Positions 1 through 19,327 of a stretch of 64,000 nucleotides of DNA are shown one piece after another. A program made the position numbers and the translations under genes. Origin of the DNA: the human T2T-CHM13v2.0 reference genome, Homo sapiens; assembly GCF_009914755.1 (NCBI RefSeq), contig NC_060946.1; one strand, written 5' to 3'. A model generated the notes under the pieces. It had not been told where the DNA came from. It saw nothing but the letters and a program-made list of their open reading frames with translations, and made no database searches. Positions within the stretch are counted from its first letter, which is position 1; the number at the start of each line of letters is the position of its first letter.

Positions 1-1640
1 AGCTATAACAGCCTCACAATAAAATGAGATGAATTTCCAATATTTTAATCTTTTTTCCTTGAGGGGATAGAAAGAGAAGGGGTATTTGTGCATGCCTTTT
101 CCAATCAGTACAATTAGCATGTAGATCCTAAACATATATTATGCATATTTTACCTGATCATCTTAACACAGGGATTAGAACATTTTATGCTTTTTGGTTT
201 ACTGTCTTCACCTCTAATTCAGTTATTAAAATAATTCTGACGGTGCAGTTTAAGGTTCATTTCATCGTTAGTCTAAATTTTAATACTGAACATTCTTCAC
301 TTTACATTTCACTTATACACTGAGTATAATAATCTGTAGTTCATGTCCATCTAGGATGAAGGTGTTTATGCACCTTTGTTTCGTTTCCTTTTTTTTTTCA
401 AAACTAGTCTCCTTTTGAGTGAAATCTGAACTGCATGTACTATTTGCAATTTGCAGTAGAAGACTGGCGTAAAAAAGAAATAATGAAAGCTATATTAGTA
501 TTGTCCCAGAAAATAACTGGTAATGGTGTAATCAATTTTCTCCGGTGATTTCTCTTTCCCTAGTTTTGACTGCTTTGCCTCCATCCATCTGAATGGAAAA
601 AAAATGCTGAGTGCTTTTGCTGATTGCTGTTGGTCATGGACTACATTAACTAGAGTCCTGCAGCTTTACAGATAATTTGGTTTACACCTCTAAGTCTGCC
701 AATTTGTCATCATTTAGCCATATTCATATGAGGCTCTTTCCTCATTAGTCAGTGATAGGCATAGCTATAATACATCTTTAGCGAGAAATGTACCAGGAAG
801 CTCAGGCAGTAGGAGCCAATATTTATTGAGCACCTACTATGTGCCAGGACCCAGGTTAAGTTCTTTGCTACATTATCTAATTTAATCCATGTAATAATCC
901 ATTACAACATGTACTGTTATTGTACCCATTGTATAGGAGGAAAATATCGAGGCACAGAAAAATAAGTTAACATGTCCATGGTCATACCAGTTAGTTATGA
1001 AAATTACTGACCAGGATTTGAAGCCAGGCAGTCTGACTCCACAACCAATGCTGTCTGTCACTATATTGTATTGCCCTCTATGTACTCATGTTTTTTGAAT
1101 CCTTACAAATCAATTCAACAACATTGAATTAGCCTTTATTTTGTGCCAGGGACTGTGCAAGATACCAGAGATGCTAAGATTATTAAGATGTAGTCTCTTC
1201 CCCTAAATTACTCATGACTTAGTGTGAAATTTGTTGTAATAAAGGCAGAGAGGGTCACAGAAAAGTAAGTGACTGCCTCAAAGGAGAGGGTTAGAGGCGA
1301 GGTCAGGGCAAGCTCCACAGATGAGATGTCTCTTGATCTAAGTTTTAAAATGTGAGAGAAAATATCACGTGCAAAGGCATGGAAGTGTGAAACTACGTAA
1401 CACCTTAAACAGGTGAGAGACAACACAGCACACTAACTACAAGCATGGATGCTGGAGCTGGATGGCCTGGGCTTGAACCTGGCTCTACTTGGTGTCAGTG
1501 TTGAGTTCCTTAGCTTCTTGTGCCTCAGTTTCTCATCTATGCCATGAGGATGGTAATACTAGTAACTCCCTAGTAGTGTAGGGTGATGATTAAATGATTA
1601 AGGTACATAAAGCGCTTAGAGGCAGCGGTGCCTGACATAA

Positions 1641-1971
<331 letters not shown>

Positions 1972-3348
1972 ATCTAGTTATCATTCTTATTACCTACAAC
2001 TTTTATTATTTTTGATGCCTATTAACTCCTCACTGCTATGTTACTGATAAGATAGACTAGACTGGATCACACTCTATTATTTGTTTTCAAGTGTCTCTAA
2101 GCTTTTCAGAGGTACCAACCCAGTTCGTTTAAGGAAACTCTAGTTTCCTTACAAAGTTGGTTGGCAATAAATGAGTTGTCCATTCTGCTTAGAAGAACCT
2201 AGCAAGTAGTGCTGCTTGGAACTTTCCCCTTAAGACATAATTTTACTCTGAGCCCCCAAGAAAAGAAGAAGGAAGGAAAAGATGAACAGGAATGACCCGT
2301 TGAGGGCAAAACCCATGAAAATTGATCATGGCTCTTTTCTCCGACAATGGCATCATTGGCCTGGCAGAGCACAAGAGAGCTATCAGGGGGACTGTCCTCT
2401 TGCATGTGCTCAGGAACTTGTCCTCATTGCCTCCAGGTGCTGGGTTTCTTAGAGCCAGAGGTGGCAGGCATGTGGAGGGAAGGCTTCTGTGGATCCTCCC
2501 CTCTTCCTCTCAAATGTTCCTTTGTAGATTTAAGAATTAAAAAGTGCAGTAAAATTTGTTTTATAATTATAGCCCCAGGAAACATGAGTTTTAGTCTTAG
2601 CTTCGACATTCACTGAGTAATAATTATTGCAAGCACTTATGTAGTGTCTACTATGTGCCAGATGTTTTTGAATCATGTTACTTGCATCACCTCATTTAAT
2701 TCTTACAAGAGCTCAGTAAGTTGGTATATATGTGTATTTGTCAAGCTTAGCTAGGTTATGCTGTGATAACAAACAACCACCAGATCTCAGTAGTTTGTTT
2801 CTCACTCGTGCTCTTTGTTCGTTGTAGGTTCATGGGAATTCCGTTCCACTCTGTCTTCACCCCAGGATGCAGGCTAAGAAAATGACCTTCATACAGAATG
2901 TTTCAGATTTTATGTCAGAGAACAGGAAAGGGCAAATCTCACATTAGCTCTTAAAAGTTTCCACAAGGGGATGACACAGACACTTCAGCTCACATTTGAT
3001 ATCCAGACCTAACTTCACGTGGGCATGGAACACATGGCTTATGTGCCTAGAAGTGGAAGAATCAGAATACTGGTGAACAGCTCTAATGACTAATATCATA
3101 TATAATTATTAGCAGCATTTTGCAGATGAGGACACTGAAGAACAGAGAGATTAAGTAACTTGCCCAAAGTTACATAATTTATAAGTGGTAAAGCTGGGAT
3201 TTGAATTCAGGCAGTTAGCTCCAGAGAATACTCTTAACTGCTGTCCATAAGCCTTTTCTGAGGCACTGAACCTCGGTTCAGTTTACCCATCTGTAAAATG
3301 GGAAAAGAAACTTTTCTTCTATGCCTTACAGGGATGCACTCAAAAGTC

Positions 3349-3440
3349 ATCCATCCATCCATCTATCCATCTGCTCATCCGTTCATCCATCTGTCTTCCA
3401 TCCATCCATCCATCCATCCATCCATCCATCCATCCATCCA
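3349..3440 (+). repeat. (TCCA)n microsatellite
   Basis: Directly visible. Confidence 0.92.
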
Positions 3441-3461
3441 CTCTTGTAGTAATTGGCACAC

Positions 3462-3757
3462 AGTTCTGGACTGAACTGTTTTGCCTCAGAATTCATATGT
3501 TGGATCCCTATTCCCCAGTGTGAGGTATGTGGACATAGGGCCTTTTGAAGGTAATCACTCTCTCTTTGCCATGTGACAGCATAATGAGAAAGTGGCCATC
3601 TACTAGTCAGGAAGAGAACGTTAACCAGGAACTGAATTAGCTGGCACCTTGATCTTGGACTTCCCAGCCTCCAGAACTGTGAGAAATAAATGTCTATTGT
3701 TTAAATCACCCAGTCTATGCAGCAATCTATAGCTGCCTGAACAGATTAATACTGATA
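3462..3757 (+). mobile_element. MLT1A-like LTR
   Basis: ctggcaccttgatcttggacttcccagcctccagaactgtgagaaataaatgtctattgttt. Confidence 0.8.
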
Positions 3758-5282
3758 CAATAGAAAGTAACTGGAGAAGATTCTTTGGATTAGGATGTCA
3801 GGGAAGGACCATCTCCAGAAGTAACCTGTGAGCTAAGTTTTGCATGTGAAGACGTAGGGAGGAGAAAGAATGATAAGTAAAAGACTGAGGCAGGAATGAG
3901 CATGGCATCTTTGAGGAATAAAGGGAGTCAGAGTAGCTGGAATACAGTGATGAGGAAGAAAACAGTAGGCAATACGGGTGCAGGGGGAAGCAGAGGCCAA
4001 GTCATAAAAGAAAGATAAAATATACCAGGGATTTTTTCAAACTTTTTGAGAGATTAACCCTTTTTGAGAATCTGCTGAAAACTATGGACATGCTCATCAG
4101 AAAAGACCACATTCATATGACATTTTGCATAAAATACCAGAGGTTTTGTAGCCTTCTACCCTCATGTCTATCCAGAACCTAGACTGGGAACATCTGACAA
4201 ATATAAAGACACTTTGAATAGCACATAGGGAAAGGGAGGGGAGAAAGAGATTTTCATTGTCTGCAAGCTTTCTCTGTGCTGGGAATTCTGCCAGTTATGA
4301 TAGATTAATTATTTAACATTTTCCATGATCCCATTTTATAAATGATAAGATTCAGGGAGATTCAGGGAGGCTAAGCAATATGCTTTAGGCTAAATGGGTA
4401 ATAGACAAAGAATTTAAATCGAGGTCAGCTTCACTCCATAGATAATATTGTTGTTATTGTCGTTGTTATTATTATTATTATTAGGTGTAGGGTCTAGTTT
4501 TACCCTGCCAAGGGTATTTTAATTATTTGGTGGAGGCTCTACATTTTCAACCAGCCAAGAGTATCCATTTCCTTTTCACTGGCTCTAGTTGAATAGCAGA
4601 GCAGCTCAGATTCTAAGTTTCCATTTCTCTACTGCCGCACTGATTATAATGTCGGCCTTTATTACTCCCAGCAGAGCAGTGAAATACAATCCCTACACCA
4701 CTACCAATTAAGGCAGCTTCAATTCTATCTACATGTTCTTCCTCTGTGCAGATGCCAGCAGATCTGTTCCAAGACCCTTCCGGTTGTTTAGTATTCTGCT
4801 CAGAGGAGTCATTTGCTGATCATCTTCTTTCTTAATTAGGGATCTAATGTATTGCAGCTGACCCTTGAACAAGAGAAAGATGGAGACCTGGCTGGAAAGG
4901 AGGTGTGACCATTCATTTCAAGGTAATCAGCTTTGAAGCTGCTTGACATCTGCTATTGATTTTCTTGTGCCTGGAAAACCTCCTGAGAAAGGTTTCTGAT
5001 CTCAGAAGTCTGAGCAATCTACGCATTTACTTATTCACTCACTGTGCAAGGCCAGGAAATGGCCTGCAATGAAATGAGCAGAGAAATACCTTCTCTGAAA
5101 AACCAAATGCATGGGAATGATTTCAAAGCTCCTTCCGGACCACAATGAAGGAGAGATAGTTAGCAACAGACAAGTTCCCTCCCCTCCATAAAGCCTTATA
5201 CAGAAACTAATACTTAATAAACTACCTTGGGAGGCTGAGGTGGGTGGATCATGAGGTCAGGAGATCGAGACCATCCTGGCTA

Positions 5283-5499
<217 letters not shown>

Positions 5500-6792
5500 C
5501 TACCATTTACAGTAGACACTCTAAATATATCATTTCTAATATCAAAACACTGTTGGTTTTATTGCCTTTTCTTATGAATGGGGAAATTAAGGCTTAGAGA
5601 TGTGAATTACTTTGCCCAGTGTCACACAGCAAGTAAATACCTGAGGTGGGGAGGAAAACCCATGTCAATGTGAGTCTCAAGTCTCTGTTCTTTCACTATG
5701 CTAGGCTGCCATAATTTTCTAGGTATGCATTTGCCTTCCTTGACTTTTCACTTGTTGTAATTTTGGGCCAGTTAAGTCAGCATCATTCAGAGATAGGGAC
5801 TCCCTGCTGATGGAATTTGTCTTCCTTAGGTGTCATATCCAAGTAATTACAGAGTGCAGTAGAGCTAGATTACAATACTACACATTGTCAGTAGGTGTCA
5901 CTATCTTATCTAATGTGATTATTTGTTCAAAAGTACTCACTGAGCACTTGCTATATGAAAGTCTCTAAGGATATAGTCATGAACTGACAGAGTCTCTGTT
6001 TCACTCAGCTTACATTTCAGTAGGGGAAAGTCTGAACCATGAAAAAATATATAATATATCAGATAGTGATCAGTGGAATAAATAAATGCTGAGATTTAAG
6101 GCTAAATTAATCAGCTTTGTGAGTTCGAAGTGTGTTGAATGAGGGAGGACTGTCTCTAGTGACACGAAACCAGCTGCCACACAATGTAAGAGGTCATCTC
6201 TTGAGAAAGGTCCCTGCCACTGACTCAGTTCAATCAAGCAATGAAAATGATCAGTACTCCCACTTCCACAGTGAAACAGATTGGGAAAGGAAAACCTCCC
6301 AGCAAGAGTTTACAGGGTTTACTGCCTGAGTGCTCTACTTAAAACCCTTAGCTGTCACCTATAGAATAAGTCCCAATCTTAGCACAATCTACCAGGCCCC
6401 TCATGATCTAATTTGCCTCTTCAGCCTGATCTCCAGCCATATCTTCCTTACACTTTACACCCCAGTAAACCAGAACTGCTTTTTGTCTCCCACATGAGTT
6501 TGCTACTTCACTCCTATAGCCCATTGTTGAAAATGACCATTCCATTGGAAAGTCATGTTTATTTTTTCTTATTTATTTAATCTCTACTCCTCTTTTAAGA
6601 TCAAATTCAGTTATCGCCTCCTCAAAGAAGTCCTCCTTGGTTTCCCCAAGCTGAGTTAGGTACACTCTCTGATACTTCTTCAGCATCTTTGAATTCCATC
6701 CCTTGACTTCCATAATGTTTTATGATTGGCTGTTTCTGTGTTTAGTTTTCTGCTTGAAGGAAGGAACTAGGTCTTATTGATGTCTATACCCT

Positions 6793-10491
<3,699 letters not shown>

Positions 10492-10496
10492 GCCTA

Positions 10497-10529
<33 letters not shown>

Positions 10530-10530
10530 C
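10497..10530 (+). repeat. (CA)n microsatellite
   Basis: Directly visible, one interruption. Confidence 0.9.
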
Positions 10531-11691
10531 ATCATTGATATATACCCCAACTTTACATCTGAAACCCAGAAATTAAGACCTAAATATAGTTGCATCGTAC
10601 TCAACCATTCTGTAATCTAGGATCAATTACACAGAGATGATATCCAATTTTTAATAGACTAGTGGGGATACTAGAGGTTGGAGGGGTCTAGAAAACCTTC
10701 TATGGTTGACGGCAGCATGGCATCATGGAAAAAGCACTGCACCTACGGCCAAATGACTGGGGTTGTAGTCCCCACACCACAGCTCATTAGCTGTGTGTGT
10801 TAGATTTCCCTTCTTCAAAAAAGACAGCTTATAATACTCCACATATTTGCTGTGAGGATCAAATAAAAATATTTCTATTCATAGGTTTTAAAACACAGTC
10901 CAAATGTTAGTGTTTTTATCGTGTCTGTGCCAGTAGGAAATCTGTCTCGGGCTGAATGCCACACCATTCAGAAAGTGTCCGTGTCATAGGAAGCAGGATG
11001 GCTTTGCTATGTTGTCAGGGAGGCCCGTGTTACTGGCAGAGCATGTGTAGGCTCAGTCAGTACCAGAGAGATGTCCCACTATTAGCCAATCAGTTGCACA
11101 CAAAATCCAGACACTAGTACTTAATCATACTTTCGTCTGTTTGTTTTTTAGGAGTGGAACTTAATAGTTAAGAGTACAGGCTTAAGAGCCTAGGGTTTTG
11201 AATCCCCGACTTTTAGAGAATTTAAGGTTTAGAATTTAGTACTCGTAAGACTTTGAGCACATTAACTTGCCATGTCTCATTTTTCTCATCTGGAAAATGG
11301 GGATAATAGTGGGTCCTATTTCACAAGGTTAATTACAGTGTGAGATAATCCTTTGAAAGTATTTAAAAGAGTGCCTGGTACATATTCAGTTCTCAATAAA
11401 TGGTTAGCAATTGTTATCATCCATGCTGAGTCCCCATGGATGAGCTTCTGGGAATTTCCCTCTTTTCGTGATTCCTTTCCATCTACTTCCTCACGAGTTC
11501 CTCTGGGTTCCAACAGTATCCTGGTTTCATACTAGGTCATTGCAACTCCAGATCCGATTAATCACTGGAGGAGACAATAAGTCTTTCATTTTCTTCAGAA
11601 CAGAGTATCTGTTAAGACAACTCTTCTTGCTGACTTTGACCACCAAATCCACCTCACAGCTGAATTCAGATGTGTTACCATGCTAAGTTGT

Positions 11692-11725
11692 TTCTTCTGT
11701 CTTCTTCCTCTTCTTCTTCTTCTTG

Positions 11726-11758
<33 letters not shown>

Positions 11759-11960
11759 TTTCTTCTTTCTTCTTCTTCTTCTTCTTCTTCTTCTTCTTCT
11801 TCTTCTTCTTCTTCTTCTTCTCCTTCTTCTTCTTCTTCCTCTTCTTCTTCTTTCTTCTTCTTCTACTTCTTCTTCCTCTTCCTCTTCTTCTTCCTCTTCT
11901 TCTTCCTCCTCTTCCTCTTCTTCTTCCTCTTCCTCTTCCTCTTCTTCTCCTCCTCCTTCT
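11692..11960 (+). repeat. (CTT)n/(CCT)n tract (GAA on minus strand), expanded tail of an antisense Alu
   Basis: About 270 bp almost purely pyrimidine; about 17 pure CTT units at 11769-11819; abuts the Alu at about 11961-12247. Confidence 0.95.
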
Positions 11961-13239
11961 TTTTTTGAAACAGGGTCTTGCTTTGTCACTCAGGCTGGAG
12001 TGTAGTGGCATGATCATAGCACACTGCAACCTTGAACTCCTGGGCTCAAGGGATCCTGCCACCTCAGCCTCCTGAGCAGCTGGGACTACAGGCACGTGCA
12101 CCACATTCAGCTAATTTTTAAATTTTTTATAGAGATGGGGTCTCACTATGTTGCCCAGGCTGGTCTCAAACTCCTGGGCTCAAGTGATCTTCCTGCCTTG
12201 GTCTCCCAAATGCTGGGATTACAGATACAGAGCCACCATGCCTGACCTTTTTCTGCTTCTTTATGTAGCCTTACAGAAGAACTTCCTCTTAAGAAGGGGA
12301 CTGAGAATGAAATGAAGTCTCATTCATTTATCCATTTATTCATTCCACAAATACTTACTGAGCACTTACTTTGTGTCTGATACTGTTTATGTGCTTAGGA
12401 GTCAACAGAGAATGAAATGATTAAAAAAAAAAATTCCTGCCGTCAGAGTTCAAGACCAGCCTGGCCAAGATGGTGGTGAAACCCCATCTCTACTAAAAAT
12501 ACAAAAATTGGCCAGATGTGGTGGTGGGCACCTGTAATCCCAGCTACTCAGGAGGCTGAGACAGGGAATTGCTTGAAGCCGGAAGGCAGAGGTTGCAGAT
12601 AGCCGAGATCGCACCACTGTAGTCCAGCCTGGGTGACAGAGCAAGACTCCGTCTCAATAACTAACTAACTAAATAAATAATAAAATAGAAAATAAATTCC
12701 TGCCCTCATGGAGCTTCCATCTTAGTGAGGTGAGTTGGACAATAAATAATAATAAATAAGCACATTATTCACTATGTTAGAAAATTATAAGCACTGAAAA
12801 AAAATGAGCAGACTGAGGGGGATGGGAAGTGGGAGATGTGGGATTGGGTAATAATTTAAACAGAATTCTCCAGGAGGGTCTTACTGAGAATAGAGCACTG
12901 GGCACAAGCTTGGAGGAGGTCGCAAGATAACCATAGGGTTATTTTGGAGGAAGAGGTGCCTGGCAGAGAGAGTAGCACTGGAAAACTTCTAAGTTGGGAA
13001 TGTGTCTGAACTTTCAAAGCACAGCAAGGAAGCTGATGTTTCTGGAGTGGAGTGATAGCAATGGGGCCATAGCATGTAGGGCTTTGTAGGACATTGTAAA
13101 GACCATGAGTTTTACTTCCAACAAAATTATTTGGGGACACAGGATGTAACCATGGGGTTAGAGTTCCTATTGCATAGTTATTTCAAGTCTGATTTAGGCA
13201 GTGACGGTATAAATAGACCACAAAATTAGATTGCCTGAG

Positions 13240-13700
13240 CTGTCAGAGGCCTTTAAGGAAATTGAGTTCTCTTGCTTATCAATCCTTGAATTCTTTCCAA
13301 AGCATTGGTACCATATAGTCAATTTGCCTGTTCTTGGACACCTGGTGATAGGGAGCTCTCTTCTTCCCAAGGCAGCCCTCTTTCCAGTCCTGTATGGTAG
13401 AAGTCTCCCTTTTATAGAGCTGACATCTGTCGGCCTGTCATTGCCATCCATCATCTTTATTTCTAACCCTTGGAGGCCTTTCAGGATAAGCATAATCTCT
13501 CTTCCTCATGACAGCCCTTCAAATATTCGAAGACGATTGCCATATCCCTAGAGTTTTCTCTTCTGCAAGCCGATCAACTCCAGTTCCTGCTATCATTTCT
13601 CACATGACAATTATATCCAGCATCAGATCTCTCTCCTCTGACTCTGCTGCAGGTCTATATATTTGATGCCTAGAAGGGAAGCCAGGTGTGTCCAGCTGGG
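13240..13700 (-). mobile_element. L3/CR1 3' fragment
   Basis: cttggacacctggtgatagggagctc...ttcccaaggcagccc resembles the reverse-strand L3 3' end. Confidence 0.5.
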
Positions 13701-14013
13701 GGAGACCAGATCAGAGACATCCCATCCTTGGGCCAGGGCAGTGGTTCACATCTGTAATCCTAGCACTTTGGGAGGCCGAGGTGGGTGGATTGCTTGAGGT
13801 CAGGAGTTCAAGACCAGCCTGACCAACATGGTGAAACCTTGTCTTTACTAAAAATACAAAAATTAGCCAGTGTGGTGGCAGGCGCCTGTAATCTCAGCTA
13901 CTTGGGAGGCTGAGGCAGGAAAATGGCTTGAAGCCAGGAGGTGGAGGTTGCAGTGAGCTGAGATCGCGCCACTGCTCTCCAGCCTGGGTGACAAAGCAAG
14001 ACTCCATCTCAAA

Positions 14014-14060
<47 letters not shown>

Positions 14061-14600
14061 AGAGACATCTTATCCTTGGTCTGGGCCAGGTTCTAGATGA
14101 TAGCATGGTAAAGCGAAAAGACTTTGAAGTCAGATAGACATGGACGGAAATCCCAGCTCTGCCCCTTCAGGGCGGTGTGAAAGGTGATTTAGTCTCTCCG
14201 AACCTTTACTTCTACATCTGTAAAGTGAAAATGGTAATACCGATCCTGGAGATTCATTGTGAGACTTTAGTGATTTGATGTGTTTACAGTTGCCTGGCAC
14301 CTCATAGAGGTTCAAAGTTAATTTCAGAAATAGTCTTCATGTTCTTCTTCTTCGTTTTTCGTTTGTTTGTTTGTTTGTTTGAGATGGAGTCTCACTCTGT
14401 CACCCAGGCTGGAGTGCAGTGGCGCAGTCTTGGCTCATTGCAACCTCTGCCTCCTGACTTCAAGCCATTCTCCTGCCTCAGCCTCTTGAGTAGCTGGGAT
14501 TACAGGCACCCACCACTACACCCAGCTAATTTTTGTATTTTTAGTAGAGACAGGGTTTCACCATGTTGGTCAAGCTGGTCTCAAACTCCTGACCTCATGA

Positions 14601-15547
<947 letters not shown>

Positions 15548-15730
15548 AATAAACTGTGAACTTATTTTCACCCAGGAGAGTGAGCTCCTTTCTTTGCAAA
15601 ATGGGACAAAGATGTAACTAGAACTTTGACTATTTCAGAACATCATGGGCACAGCTCTGCAATGAGTCTGACTTTCATTGCTCATCTAAAGCTGATGATA
15701 AGGGAGACATTTTCCCCGAATGGTTGTAAC

Positions 15731-16647
15731 TGTAAGGGGTGAAAAAGAAAGGCTTCTCCATTGCCCTCTGAAGCTTCTCTGAAAATGAACTGACAATAGG
15801 CGGATTAATAGGAGACAAAGGCATAAAATTTATTTAACATGCATGGGGAAAACCACAGGAGAGTGACTACCCAAAACCCAGTAATGCTTATATATCCTTC
15901 TTCATGGGAGAGGTAGAGGAGGGAGAATGTAGGTAATTTTGAGGGGTAGTAAATAATTTCAGTAAACGTAAATGGACCCAGGAGACAGAAATTATCTTGT
16001 AAAGGATTCTCTTTGGAATGTGAATGAGCCTGAGATGGAGACAATATCTTGTAACAAAGTCCATCCAGGTGTGGTTACATTCCTCAGTCTTCTTTCCTGC
16101 CATAGATAATCAAATTTCAGGGATGAGATGGAAGGGAATTGTGTTCTCTTTGGTGGGTCTACTCTTAAGACAGGTAAGGGAATATCAGAGTAAAATTCTA
16201 TTCTGCACTGGGTGTGGGGGCGGTGGGATGGAGGGGCTGATGGGAGTGGTCAGAAAGTCCTTGATTCTTTTTTTTTCTTTCTTTCTTTTTTTTTTTTTTT
16301 TTTTTTTGAGACAGAGTTTTGCTCCCGTCTCCCAGGCTGGAGTGCAATGGTGCAATCTTAACTCACCGCAACCTCCTGCCTCCTGGGTTCAAGCCATTCT
16401 CCTACCTCAGCCTCCTGTTGGTCAGGCTCGTCTCAAAGTCCCGACCTCAGGTGATCTGCCTGCCTCGGTCTCCCAAAGTGCTGGGATTATAGGTGTGAGC
16501 CACCTTGCCCGGCTATTCTAAGGCAATTTGTAAAGCCTTCCTATTTTAGTTCAAAGTACTCAGCTTGCATTGAGCATACTTTTGGGAAATCATTTTCTGA
16601 GCCCAAAGCACCATTCTTTCAGGGTTATCATTTTCTGAGCCCCAACA
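15731..16647 (-). mobile_element. ERV1 solo LTR (MER39/MER34-like) containing an internally deleted Alu
   Basis: Minus strand starts TGTTGGGGCTCAGAAAATGATA and ends CCCCTTACA. Confidence 0.65.
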
Positions 16648-17589
16648 TAACCATTTCGATATGGGAGCTAAGGAGCTGAGGAAAAGGCGTATCTGGAACA
16701 TGACGAGAGCTGGTCATTTTGCCAAATCGAGCCCTCTTCTCCACTGTCCTCATTAGAGGCTCCCCATCTTTTGCACGGACCGTTGCACTAAGTGATCTTT
16801 TTACCAGGGCCCTGCCTCCCTTTCAACTCCAATTCCCTCTGTGACTCCTCTCAACAGCTCCCCTGGCAATCATGCTCCTACACGATCCACTCTCGTCTCA
16901 GCTAAACTTCCTAGCCTCACATCCAGCCCACCCTTAGCTACAGCCTTTCAAAATTCTTTGCCATCCTCTGACAATACCACTCGAGCCCAGACCTCCAGTC
17001 CTTTGCATTTGCTGTCAACTCCACTTGACATAATGCCTTTCTCTACTTTTTCTTTCTTTCTTTTTTTTTTTTGATTAATGAACTCTTCTCATCCATTCTT
17101 TCACATCCTACTCAAATACCACCTCATTTACGAGATTCCTTCAGGAAGAGTTTATGACTCTCTCCCGTGTTCTTTTTTGTTTGTTTCGTTTTGGTTTTGA
17201 GACAGAGTTTCATTCTTGTCGCCCAGGCTGGAGCGCAATGGCGCGATGTTGGCTCACTGCAACCTCCACCTCCTGAGTTGAAGTGATTCTCCTGCCTCAG
17301 CCTCCTGAGTAGCTAGAATTACAGGCATGCACCACCACACCTGGCTAATTTTGTATTTTTTAGTAGAGATAGGGTTTCTCCATGTTGGTCAGGCTTGTCT
17401 TGAACTCCCGACCTCCAGTGATCCTCCCACCTCGGCCTCCCAAACTGCTGGGATTACAGGCATGAGCCACCGCGCCTGGCCTCTCCTGTGTTCTTATAGC
17501 ACTTTGCATTGCATTGCACTTTGCATTGTATTATTCCTGGCTTATCGTATTACAACGTTCTGTTCATGCATCTCTCTCCTCCACGGAGT

Positions 17590-18047
17590 CTATATTCCTT
17601 TCCTAGGGCTGCTGTAACAAATTACCACAAAGTGGCTTAAATCAACAGATATTTATTCTCTCACAGTTCTGGAGGCTAGAAGTGCTAAAATCAAAGTGTC
17701 AGCAGGGCCACGCTCCCTCTGAAGGCTCTGGGGAAGGATCCTTTCTGCTTCTTCCAGCTTCTGATGATTGTCGGCAATCCTTATTGTTCCTTAGCTTGCA
17801 GCTGTGTCACTTCAACCTCTGCTTCTGTTGTCATATGGCTTTCTTTCCTGTGTCACTGTGTCCTCTCATTTCTCTTATAAAGACACTAGTCACTGGGTCA
17901 GGGTCCACCCTACTCCAATATGATTTCATTTTAACTTGATTATATACGCAGAGACCCTATTTCCAAATGAGGTCATATTTACAGGTAGCGGGAGGGTTAA
18001 GACTTCAAAAATATCTTTTTGGAGGAGAACATAATTCAACCCACAGC
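17590..18047 (-). mobile_element. MLT1-type LTR
   Basis: agggctgctgtaacaaattaccac...atttattctctcacagttctggaggctagaag...ataattcaacccacagca. Confidence 0.85.
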
Positions 18048-18596
18048 ACTAGGCTTTACATGTTTGTGCATTGCCACTGCCTATAAAAGGTGCATAAAAA
18101 TGCTCATTAAATGATGAAGGAATAAATGAAAGAAGAGAGACAGAATAAGTTATCCCAATATACAGGTATTCGCTATGTGCCCCATCTATGCTAGGTCCTG
18201 TGGTAGGCACGGAGGTCACAGAGAATAAGATGTGGCTTCAACCATCGTTTCCTCCCCGTAATGTGCCTGAGCTTCCCAGTAGTGTGTCCTCTGCAGTCCT
18301 CAGCTCACCCTGAGCCCCTTAGCTTTAAATAGACCTACCCGCGTGTTTGATACCAGAGTGCTCATGACTAATTCAGGACCTTCCTAGCAGTGAGTTTTGG
18401 AGTACGGGAGTCCAGCTGGAACCCCCATTCCCCTAGGATCATTGGATCCTGCTCCCACTTGACAGCTGTGGGGATTTTACTTCCTGCGTCTAGGCATAGA
18501 ATTAACCTACGGGCTTTTTTGAAACAAGTCCCACTTCCTCCACTCTGTTTTCCTCTGAGTTTTATTTCCCCATTTGTAGAAAGGAGATAATACCCA

Positions 18597-19327
<731 letters not shown>

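Noticed and set aside
11595-12104. Poly-K/R/E/S/L/F ORFs of 80-170 aa
   Set aside because: Translations of the CTT/GAA repeat plus Alu.
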